NCBI GenBank assembly: GCA_050258375.1
Contig: JBLMYQ010000068.1
Location: 27,913 to 91,912, forward strand
Source: Deltaproteobacteria bacterium
Lineage (GTDB): Bacteria > Bacillota > Clostridia > Acetivibrionales > UBA4821
Direction of reading: 5' to 3'
DNA: 64,000 nucleotides
In this document: positions 55,514-62,993 of the stretch, piece after piece
Numbering within the stretch: the first letter of the stretch is position 1
Layout of the letters: each line of letters starts with the position of its first letter
Position numbers and translations under genes: made by a program
Notes under the pieces: model-generated
The model's database searches: none
Told to the model about the DNA's origin: nothing
What the model saw: only the letters and a program-made list of their open reading frames with translations

Positions 55514-56629
55514 TTACATTTTACACTTGTTTGAAAATTCCCTAACCTTCTCTATTACATAATCCTGCTCTTCTATGGTCATCTCCGGCGATATCGGAAG
55601 CGATATAACCTTATTACATGCCTCTTCTGCATTAGGCATATCTCCATTTTTATAGCCAAGCTCTTTGAAGGCTTCCTGCAAATGCAACGGCACCGGATAA
55701 TAAACGCTGGTCCCTATCTCATTATCCTTCAAGAATTTAGCCAATTCATCCCTTTTTTCGACTTCAATTGTATATTGGTGATAAACATGATACTGCTTAT
55801 AATCCTTAGCTTCTTCCGGAGTCTTTACTATGTCAGCAAGGTACTTATTGTATCTATATGCATGATTTCTTCTTTTTTGGTTCCAATCAGACAAATACTT
55901 ACTCTTAACATTTAATATGGCTGCCTGGATTTCATCCAATCTGCTGTTGTACCCTATAATACTATGATGATATTTCACATTTGAACCATGCTGCCTTAAA
56001 AGTCTGATATTTTCATTCAGACTTTCATCATCTGTTACAATCATTCCTCCATCGCCATATCCACCAAGATTTTTTGTGGGAAAGAATGAAAAGCACCCTG
56101 CATCTCCAAAGCTTGAAACCTTCTTGCCTTCAAACTCGGAACCGATTGCCTGACATGAATCCTCAACTACATGCAAATTATATTTTTTTGCTATATCCAT
56201 TATTCTCTTCATATTGCATGCCTGTCCGAAAAGGTGAACGGGAATAATAGCTTTTGTGTTTTTCGTGATTTTTTCTTCTATTCTATCTGCATCTATTAGA
56301 TAAGTGCCTCTTTCTATATCAACGAATACAGGAACAGCTCCGAGCTTTGCAATAACCTCTGCAGAAGCAAAAAATGTAAAAGGAGTTGTTATTACTTCAT
56401 CTCCCGCACCGATATTCAAGGCTTTAAGGGTAAGCTCCAATGCATCAGTTCCATTAGCAACCCCTATTCCAAACTTGACATTACACAGCTTTGAAATGTT
56501 TTCTTCTATTTTTTTGACCTGTGGTCCTAAGATAAACTGGCATTTCTCCAGAACCTCAATTATACTTTCATTGATTTCTTCCTTCATATTTATATACTGA
56601 CTTTTCAAATCCAATATCGGTACTCTCAT
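55514..56629 (-). CDS. DegT-family aminotransferase (WbpE-like)
   Basis: 371 aa. ...FSFFPTKNLGGYGDGGM (PLP-Lys motif), NGTDALELTLKAL. Confidence 0.85.
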   Translation of the reverse strand: MRVPILDLKSQYINMKEEINESIIEVLEKCQFILGPQVKKIEENISKLCNVKFGIGVANGTDALELTLKALNIGAGDEVITTPFTFFASAEVIAKLGAVPVFVDIERGTYLIDADRIEEKITKNTKAIIPVHLFGQACNMKRIMDIAKKYNLHVVEDSCQAIGSEFEGKKVSSFGDAGCFSFFPTKNLGGYGDGGMIVTDDESLNENIRLLRQHGSNVKYHHSIIGYNSRLDEIQAAILNVKSKYLSDWNQKRRNHAYRYNKYLADIVKTPEEAKDYKQYHVYHQYTIEVEKRDELAKFLKDNEIGTSVYYPVPLHLQEAFKELGYKNGDMPNAEEACNKVISLPISPEMTIEEQDYVIEKVREFSNKCKM

Positions 56630-56677
56630 ATTTTTCCTCCATTATACAAACACTTTCTATATTTTAAAACAATATTC

Positions 56678-57658
56678 TTACCTTTTCAACTTTTCAAAAT
56701 AATACTTTATATAAAGAAGCTTTTTCCCTAGAAGTCCATACAATAAAAATTTCATTATATTTTTAAAGCTTAATACTCCAATCCTGCATATATTATTTCC
56801 CAATATCATTCTTATTCTTTTATATAGTTTTTCCTCCAAAATCAAATTATTCATTGAATTGCTGAATTTTAGAATCTTAATATATTTTTCTTTTTTATTT
56901 TTGTCATTTTCATTTTTAATTATGAAATTCTCAAATTCATTATAATAATTGAGTGTTCTTGCCGTTAACCTTAATTGTTTTTCGACCAAAAGCTTTATAT
57001 TTTTATTATTATATGAAGCATTATCATTATTTGCGTGCTGTCTGTATTTAATAAGCTTTTGACTCGTGGGTACTATTTTGCCGTAATAACAAGCCACAAA
57101 TGCTATCCACCAATCCTCAAACAACAGCTTTTCTGGAATCGGAAAAATTTTTTCTTTTATTCTTCCATCAAATAAGATTGTACCCCCTGAAACATAATTT
57201 TGCTGAAGCAGGCTTTCAATATCAACCTTTTTATAAGGCTTAATTTCTGTTTGAGCCCAGAACGAATCTGCTAACTTATTCAGACCCGCATCAACAATCT
57301 CCATGTCTCCGAATATTAAAGCAGCATCATTTTTTTTGATTAAATCTACTTGTGCTTGAATTCTGTAAGGAAAACAAATATCATCTGCAGCATGTATTGC
57401 TACATAATTTCCTGCTGCTTTTTCCATTCCCTTATTTATTGCGTTTACTTTACCCATGTGAGGCAAATCAATAAGAATTATATTATTGTAAGCTTTTACA
57501 AGCTTATCAATTTCATTTTTTGAATCATCACCAGAGCCATCATTTACAACAATAATTTCAATATTACTGTACGTCTGGTCAATGCAGCTTTGAATTGACT
57601 CAGCAATATATTTCCCGGCATTATAAACAGGTATGACTATGCTAACCAAAGCTTCCAT
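56678..57658 (-). CDS. Glycosyltransferase family 2 (first gene of the locus)
   Basis: VSIVIPVYNAGKYI...VNDGSGDDS...HAADDI motifs. Start set at the ATG at 57658 (AGGTGA SD 5 nt upstream) rather than the GTG at 57667, which lies inside the SD. Confidence 0.85.
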   Translation of the reverse strand: MEALVSIVIPVYNAGKYIAESIQSCIDQTYSNIEIIVVNDGSGDDSKNEIDKLVKAYNNIILIDLPHMGKVNAINKGMEKAAGNYVAIHAADDICFPYRIQAQVDLIKKNDAALIFGDMEIVDAGLNKLADSFWAQTEIKPYKKVDIESLLQQNYVSGGTILFDGRIKEKIFPIPEKLLFEDWWIAFVACYYGKIVPTSQKLIKYRQHANNDNASYNNKNIKLLVEKQLRLTARTLNYYNEFENFIIKNENDKNKKEKYIKILKFSNSMNNLILEEKLYKRIRMILGNNICRIGVLSFKNIMKFLLYGLLGKKLLYIKYYFEKLKR

Positions 57659-57704
57659 ATCATTCACCTATATGTATAAAAAGGTATTATTATTATCTTA
57701 AAGC

Positions 57705-57733
57705 ATTTTATACTATTTCCTCTCACTATACAA
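57705..57733 (-). promoter_or_regulatory. Candidate sigma-A-type promoter (TTGTAT-17 nt-TAAAAT) proximal to the first GT2 gene
   Basis: On the minus strand, -35 TTGTAT (57728-57733) and -10 TAAAAT (57705-57710). Modest match in an AT-rich context. Confidence 0.3.
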
Positions 57734-57734
57734 G

Positions 57735-58085
57735 GCTTTACTCTGCACCTTCTCCCTATAGCCCTCACCCATCTATCTTCCCTCCGTAGTCGTCAATGGG
57801 GGCATTCCCCCGCATTGCGGATGCTGTGCATCCTGTCTCCCCCTTCTGAAGAAGGGCTGACGTAGAAATTGCTCACGGGCAGGCGAGGGAAGGAAAAGAA
57901 AGTTCTTTGGAGATTTTACAGGAGAAGGGAACAAACAAGGTAAAGTCTTTAATAAATTCGGGACGAAAAGTAGTTTTTCATAGGAAAACCTTCATAGAAA
58001 TTACTATTCGCTCCCTGTCAGGGAGGCTAGGAGGGTCTGGATTTGGAATTATTTGTATTCATGCATTTGCCCCTGACTCTGCACT
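57735..58085 (-). promoter_or_regulatory. GC-rich, multi-hairpin ~350-nt non-coding region upstream of the glycan locus (candidate structured leader or ncRNA, class unknown)
   Basis: Local hairpins: 57798-57811 (ggggg-catt-ccccc), 57819-57833 (ggatgc-tgt-gcatcc), 57841-57856 (cccttc-tgaa-gaaggg), 58011-58025 (ctccc-tgtca-gggag). Long-range complements: 57748-57755 with 57921-57928; 57777-57784 or 57762-57769 with 57882-57892. No convincing ORF. Strand assignment is tentative. Confidence 0.4.
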
Positions 58086-58087
58086 GA

Positions 58088-58120
58088 CAAAAAGAAAAAG
58101 AGCCTATAAAAAGGCCCTTT
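58088..58120 (-). terminator. Rho-independent terminator after the DUF3794/LysM gene
   Basis: Minus-strand AAAGGGCC-UUUUUAUA-GGCUCUUU (8 bp, one G.U) followed by UUCUUUUU. Begins 21 nt after the stop at 58141. Confidence 0.6.
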
Positions 58121-58140
58121 TGACTATTTAAAAATTCTTC

Positions 58141-59721
58141 TTATTGCCTAACGTATACCTTTTTAGCAGGCTTCTTTGGTATTATTATCAACTGCCCTAT
58201 CGCAAGCTGGTCGGGATTTGCAATATTATTTATTCTTATCAGCTCCTGAAGTGATACATTAAACTTCTTTCCGATTTTCCAAAGTGTGTCTCCAGGTTGA
58301 ACAAAATATACTATTATGCTTGGCTTTAACCCAAAGACTCCTTCATCTGGCTCTATTCCTTCTGCCTTGTTAATTATATTAAGCTTGGAATTTTTGTAGA
58401 GCTTTATTTGTGTTTTTAATACAATCCTTACATCTACATTCCCATCAGGTTCAAGATTGTACCCGCAAGAAACTGTTTCAACATTAACTTTATACATCAT
58501 TTCCGGCTCAGCTTCTTTTATATCCATTGAATTCATAAAAGGAATTTCATATTTATATGACGAAGGAGTCTTCATCTCGCCTGACGAATACAAGAACCTT
58601 ACTTCCACCGCTCCATTTATTGTTACTTTTCCATGCTGAACCTTTACATCTATAACAATCGGCTTGCATGTCATGCCATTTATCTTTTTTACTTCTGATT
58701 TTTCCGGAAGCTGAACTTTATCCTTAAGCACCAGCTCATTTTCTGCTTCAGCAGCTATTTGATTTGCATAGAGCTCTTTTCGTTCCATATCAATCATATA
58801 ATCCGGACTGTACATGTCAACAATCATTTGTTTTTGCTCTTTTACAAAAGCTCTCGCATTCAGTTCAACCGCAGCTTTAAATCTTAATATTCTAAGCTCG
58901 CCTTCAGTATCTTCTTCAGCAATTGCAGACAGGTCACCGACGACTGCATCCACATCACAAAAAGCATTTTCATCAACACCTGGAATATCCATGAACTGAG
59001 TAAACGGGAAAGTATATTCTACGGTTTCTATGCTTCTATCCTCATCCTCACCTGAATAAAGTGCTCTGACATTTACTTCGCCCTTAACTATTACCTTATT
59101 GTCTGAAACCTTTATCTCCCTGGAAATACTTGCCTCAGCTGATAAAACTTCAAAAACAGATGGCATGGCTTCCGGTATATCAACTTCCTCTTTAATTGTA
59201 AACCTATCTGAGCATTCGCCGATAAACTGACATATTTCGAATTCTTCTTTTTGTTTTTGAATATTATCTTCATCAAGAGTATCAACAATCACTTCTGCTT
59301 CAACTCTTTCATTTATTACTACCCCTAACTGAGCAATAGCCTCAACAACTATTTTCCTTTCATTAAGTATTTCATATTCGGAGTTTAGTATTATTCCATC
59401 AACATCAGCCGTCATACCCTGTTTTGCGCCATCAATTTCTAATGGCTCCTTGAATGGTACACTTGCATTAAGCGCTCTTATAGGTCTATCCTCATCCTTG
59501 GCAAGATATATAATGTTGAAGTTGACCACCCCGCCAAGAACCACCTTATCTGTAAGTACCTCTCTCTCGTTAACCATAACATTGCTGTCAATGCTTAAAA
59601 CACCAAGTAAATCAGCCTTTGCATCCGGAATTATCAAATCTCCCTGCACTGAGAATTGCAGAGATTCCTCTCCAACTACCCTTTTTATTCTTAAAGGCTC
59701 CCTGACTAACTCTATAGCCAT
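58141..59721 (-). CDS. DUF3794-repeat protein with a C-terminal LysM domain
   Basis: C-terminal YFVQPGDTLWKIGKKFNVSLQELIRINNIANPDQLAIGQLIIIP is a LysM domain. Repeated beta-rich modules upstream. Start set at the ATG at 59721 (GGGAGGGA SD 8 nt upstream). Confidence 0.75.
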   Translation of the reverse strand: MAIELVREPLRIKRVVGEESLQFSVQGDLIIPDAKADLLGVLSIDSNVMVNEREVLTDKVVLGGVVNFNIIYLAKDEDRPIRALNASVPFKEPLEIDGAKQGMTADVDGIILNSEYEILNERKIVVEAIAQLGVVINERVEAEVIVDTLDEDNIQKQKEEFEICQFIGECSDRFTIKEEVDIPEAMPSVFEVLSAEASISREIKVSDNKVIVKGEVNVRALYSGEDEDRSIETVEYTFPFTQFMDIPGVDENAFCDVDAVVGDLSAIAEEDTEGELRILRFKAAVELNARAFVKEQKQMIVDMYSPDYMIDMERKELYANQIAAEAENELVLKDKVQLPEKSEVKKINGMTCKPIVIDVKVQHGKVTINGAVEVRFLYSSGEMKTPSSYKYEIPFMNSMDIKEAEPEMMYKVNVETVSCGYNLEPDGNVDVRIVLKTQIKLYKNSKLNIINKAEGIEPDEGVFGLKPSIIVYFVQPGDTLWKIGKKFNVSLQELIRINNIANPDQLAIGQLIIIPKKPAKKVYVRQ

Positions 59722-59822
59722 ATTCAAAATCCCTCCCGCTTTAAAATGTTAATAATAAAAAAATTACTGTAAGCTAATTTATATATATTGCTTGTTTCAA
59801 AAAAATAGAACTACTTTGTTTC

Positions 59823-60791
59823 TTATTCCTTAATTTGAACTCCTTTATAATAATAGCCAAGTATATCCTTATAATTGCAGCCCTTCTGCGCCAAAGCATC
59901 AGCCCCGCATTGACTCAATCCTACTCCATGCCCGAATCCTTTTACTTTGAACAATATTTTCCCTTTTTTATCCTCAATTAAGAAATTAGTAGATTTGAGA
60001 TTAAATATGCTTCTTATATCAGTACCACTGAATGTTTTGTTTCCAATATTGATATTTTTAACTCTTCCTCCTCCTGTATAGCTCACAATCTTTATGCTTT
60101 GGAATACTTTTTGAGAATCCACTTTAAAATCTGCACTAAACTTATTCAGCCTTTGGACAAATTCCTCAGCAGAAAACTCCACTTCTGAAAAATAGCCTGA
60201 AGAACCTTCTTCACCCGGACTTTTTACAGCTCTAAGGTAAGGAACAGCTACTCCATTCCATGCATCCTCGGAGTTTTCCGTTTCTCCTCCGCTGTTTGCA
60301 TGAAAAACAGGATTTGCAATTTCGTTTTCATAGTAAACCATTTTCCCGGCAGTACTTTTAACAGCCCAGGAAATCCTATCCCAGTAGTCTCTGGCTTTTG
60401 AAGCAGGCCATTTAGCAAGTACTTCCTCCTTACTTATCCATGCCTGACAGTGAGCAGAGTCCGTGCAGATATCAGCACCTTTGTGCTCGGGGAGATTGCT
60501 GCCTCCAGATACAGCCTTTTTATAAGCATAGGTTCTTGCTGCAACAGCCTGAGCCTTTAACGCTTCTACATGATAAGAAGCCGGCATTTCTGCTGCGACA
60601 ACCCCCTTTATATACTCTTCAAAATCAATCTTCTCAACCTTTTTTGTCAAATGAAAATAAACCTTTATCCGATTATCCTTTAATCCATCAGTATAATCCT
60701 TTTTGAATCCTCCACAGCCTTTAATAATTAACAAAGGTATCAGAATGGCAATAATAATTATAAAAATCAGGTAATAACCAATCTCTCTCAT
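59823..60791 (-). CDS. spoIID: Stage II sporulation protein D (SpoIID/LytB domain)
   Basis: 322 aa. N-terminal TM anchor, VVAAEMP...EALKAQAVAARTYA, FHANSGGETE, GFGHGVGLSQCGA. Confidence 0.88.
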   Translation of the reverse strand: MREIGYYLIFIIIIAILIPLLIIKGCGGFKKDYTDGLKDNRIKVYFHLTKKVEKIDFEEYIKGVVAAEMPASYHVEALKAQAVAARTYAYKKAVSGGSNLPEHKGADICTDSAHCQAWISKEEVLAKWPASKARDYWDRISWAVKSTAGKMVYYENEIANPVFHANSGGETENSEDAWNGVAVPYLRAVKSPGEEGSSGYFSEVEFSAEEFVQRLNKFSADFKVDSQKVFQSIKIVSYTGGGRVKNINIGNKTFSGTDIRSIFNLKSTNFLIEDKKGKILFKVKGFGHGVGLSQCGADALAQKGCNYKDILGYYYKGVQIKE

Positions 60792-60847
60792 ACCTCACCC
60801 CCTAGTCCCCTTTGCTCTTTTATTTATATTCGGCTAAAGAAAAACAA

Positions 60848-60900
60848 AGTACACAAAAAACCCTTCGGATATCAATTTTCCGAAGGGCTTTTTGTGTACT
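60848..60900 (-). terminator. Long-stem (22 bp, 1 mismatch) terminator hairpin after the SLH-protein gene
   Basis: agtacacaaaaaacccttcgga / tccgaagggctttttgtgtact with a 9-nt loop. Core CCCTTCGGA/TCCGAAGGG flanked by A/T runs on both sides, so potentially bidirectional. Starts 3 nt after the stop at 60903. Confidence 0.7.
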
Positions 60901-60902
60901 CC

Positions 60903-62924
60903 TTATTTCATATTGAATATTTTATATATTACCACTGCAGCCTCAGCTCTTGTTGCATAATTCAGCGGCTTGAACATGTTATCAATATTGCCTTTTATTA
61001 CACCATACTTCACAGCAGCAGCAATTCCTTCCCGCGCATAATCTGATATATTATTATTATCTCTGAAGGTTATCTTTGCATCCTTTGATGCCGCTGCCTT
61101 CTTGTATTTCTTTAGCACCTTGCCTATCATAACAGCCATATCCTGCCTGGATATACTTTCGTCCGGAGCAAATTTGCCTGCGCTCTTTCCGGCAATTATC
61201 CCTTGCTCGACAGCTGAAGCAACAGCCTTGTAATACCACGCCTTTTTACTTACATCTTTGAATGTTAATGATTTGCTGCTGTCTTGTATCTTAAATAATT
61301 TTACAAGTAAAGCTGCGAACTCAGCTCTGGTAATTTTATCTCCAGGACAGTATGTATTTTCACCCTTCCCCTTTATTATTTCTTTTGCCGCCATAGACTC
61401 AATATACGTCTTAGCCCATTGATACTTTGCTAAATCATTGAACACTACATTGTTTACTTTAACATAGTATTTGCTTAAATGGGTTGTAGTAAAAGTAACC
61501 GTTCCTGTTGCAGAATCGTAAATACCCTGCATGTTTTCCGGAACACCATTTTCGTTCAAATAATATACCGTAATATTTTCAGCATTTTCTCCGGGCTTTA
61601 ATGTATATGAAACTGTGATTTGAAGTCCCTGCGCAAAGCTTCTTATACTGGTTTTTCCGCTGCTTGTTACTGCAGTTATATTAAAATCATATACCGGGCT
61701 GTCACCAACCACAGCTTTTTGCTCAGGGGTTAATTCTGTTTCTTTATTAACAAGCTTTGCATTAACCTCTACCGAAGCAGCACCGGCAGCCTGCAATGCT
61801 GAAGAAGGAATCGTAATTTCTGCTACTGAAGTTGCTAACTCAATCATATCAATGTTCTTATTCACAGCTTCATTTATAATTGATGAAGGAACATTGACAT
61901 TTGTCTCAGATATGTCTTTAGGACCCTCAACAGTAATTAACAGTTTGGTTTCAAGATTCGAATTTTCTACGTCAGCCTTTTTCGATAGCTCCTCAATACT
62001 CTTAAGAACATCATTTACCTGATCATTTGACATATTAACATTACCATTTGCATCAGCATTTACATTTGTTTCTGCTGTAATTATATCCTCCGCAGCAGAG
62101 GAATCTTCTGCCGCAGGAGGCTTAGGAGGATTAGGTATTTCTGGTTGATGGTTTTCATGTCCTGATTCCCTTGCATTTAAGCCCCGATATAAACGCTTAG
62201 TACTGCTCGAATTACAATTAAAAAGAAATGTCTCAAATTTTATTCTTTCCTCTGCTGTTCCAACTGAATTAAGCAGCTCGGTATAGCCTACAAGAACAAG
62301 ATTCAAGCTGGCAAACTTTACTCCTGTAATGGTTTGAATTGTCTTGTCCAAACGTTCAAGAATAGCATCTCCTCCAACCATATCCCCACTGATAACCTCT
62401 GTCAGGTTCATAGTTCCTTCAGCAGCATTTTTATCAGTGAATATCGGATCCAATCCGGTTATATCCTGCATAAGAACCAGCGCTGAGACAAGATTTTCAA
62501 GGCTTCCAACATTGGCTGCAATCTTATTCTTGATTGAGTCAAAGCTTCCTGCTGTATACTGCACAGTCTGTTTGCCAGCAATAAGGTGATTAACTACTTG
62601 ATTTTGAATTACTGAGCCGCAATCAGCAAAAATGTCAAGTGCAGTCTCTACATCAGCTTTAGAAATTTTTACACCCGGGAACTTGTTCTTTAACTCCTGC
62701 GCCTTTGCCGGCACAAGAGTTGAATCACTCATAAGCGGATTAAGTATATTATCCCTTATCCACTCCCTGTCGGCTTTATTTAAACTCTGAACATTCTGGA
62801 TGAATTCAATAACAGGCAGTCCGGTAAACACTGCATTGCTCTCCGGCACTGGAATAGCTGAAAATATAAGCAAATAAATCAACATCATGCAGATTACTTT
62901 CTTTAACCTTCTATTTAAAAGCAT
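60903..62924 (-). CDS. Secreted SLH-domain cell-wall-anchored protein
   Basis: 673 aa. Signal peptide (LIYLLIFSAIPVPESNA), Pro/Ala/Glu linker, and three C-terminal S-layer homology repeats (FNDLAKYQWAKTYIESMA.., FKDVSKKAWYYKAVASAVEQGII.., FRDNNNISDYAREGIAAAVKYGVI..). GGAGG SD. Confidence 0.85.
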   Translation of the reverse strand: MLLNRRLKKVICMMLIYLLIFSAIPVPESNAVFTGLPVIEFIQNVQSLNKADREWIRDNILNPLMSDSTLVPAKAQELKNKFPGVKISKADVETALDIFADCGSVIQNQVVNHLIAGKQTVQYTAGSFDSIKNKIAANVGSLENLVSALVLMQDITGLDPIFTDKNAAEGTMNLTEVISGDMVGGDAILERLDKTIQTITGVKFASLNLVLVGYTELLNSVGTAEERIKFETFLFNCNSSSTKRLYRGLNARESGHENHQPEIPNPPKPPAAEDSSAAEDIITAETNVNADANGNVNMSNDQVNDVLKSIEELSKKADVENSNLETKLLITVEGPKDISETNVNVPSSIINEAVNKNIDMIELATSVAEITIPSSALQAAGAASVEVNAKLVNKETELTPEQKAVVGDSPVYDFNITAVTSSGKTSIRSFAQGLQITVSYTLKPGENAENITVYYLNENGVPENMQGIYDSATGTVTFTTTHLSKYYVKVNNVVFNDLAKYQWAKTYIESMAAKEIIKGKGENTYCPGDKITRAEFAALLVKLFKIQDSSKSLTFKDVSKKAWYYKAVASAVEQGIIAGKSAGKFAPDESISRQDMAVMIGKVLKKYKKAAASKDAKITFRDNNNISDYAREGIAAAVKYGVIKGNIDNMFKPLNYATRAEAAVVIYKIFNMK

Positions 62925-62993
62925 TTTTTACCTCCATTAATATAATTTCCTATCTTTTTAAGTACTTAAAATTATTTTTGATATATAAATACC

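Noticed and set aside
57735-58085. Known riboswitch classes for the structured region: c-di-GMP-I (partial CAGGGGCAAAUGC resemblance to the GEMM-I core), c-di-GMP-II, yybP-ykoY, cobalamin and ydaO.
   Set aside because: Only isolated 6-10-nt resemblances were found. The remaining conserved cores (GEMM-I tetraloop/receptor and ACGCAAAGC half, the B12 box, and others) are absent. No class assignment is justified without a covariance-model scan.
57735-58085. Invertible-promoter (phase-variable switch) hypothesis for the region upstream of the locus.
   Set aside because: The inverted repeats are only about 8 bp and internal to a dense hairpin field. No recombinase or invertase gene is present in the window.
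57907-58131. 74-aa plus-strand ORF (TTG start) in the GC-rich intergenic region.
   Set aside because: It has no SD, starts at TTG, and runs through the terminator hairpin of the convergent-looking region. Its composition looks like translated structured RNA. It is better explained as non-coding.
20861-61239. Small minus-strand ORFs nested out of frame inside larger genes (20861..21055, 38125..38331, 38510..38695, 61057..61239).
   Set aside because: They overlap confidently assigned genes (oxidoreductase, GT, wzm, SLH protein) in another frame. They have no SD or motif support.
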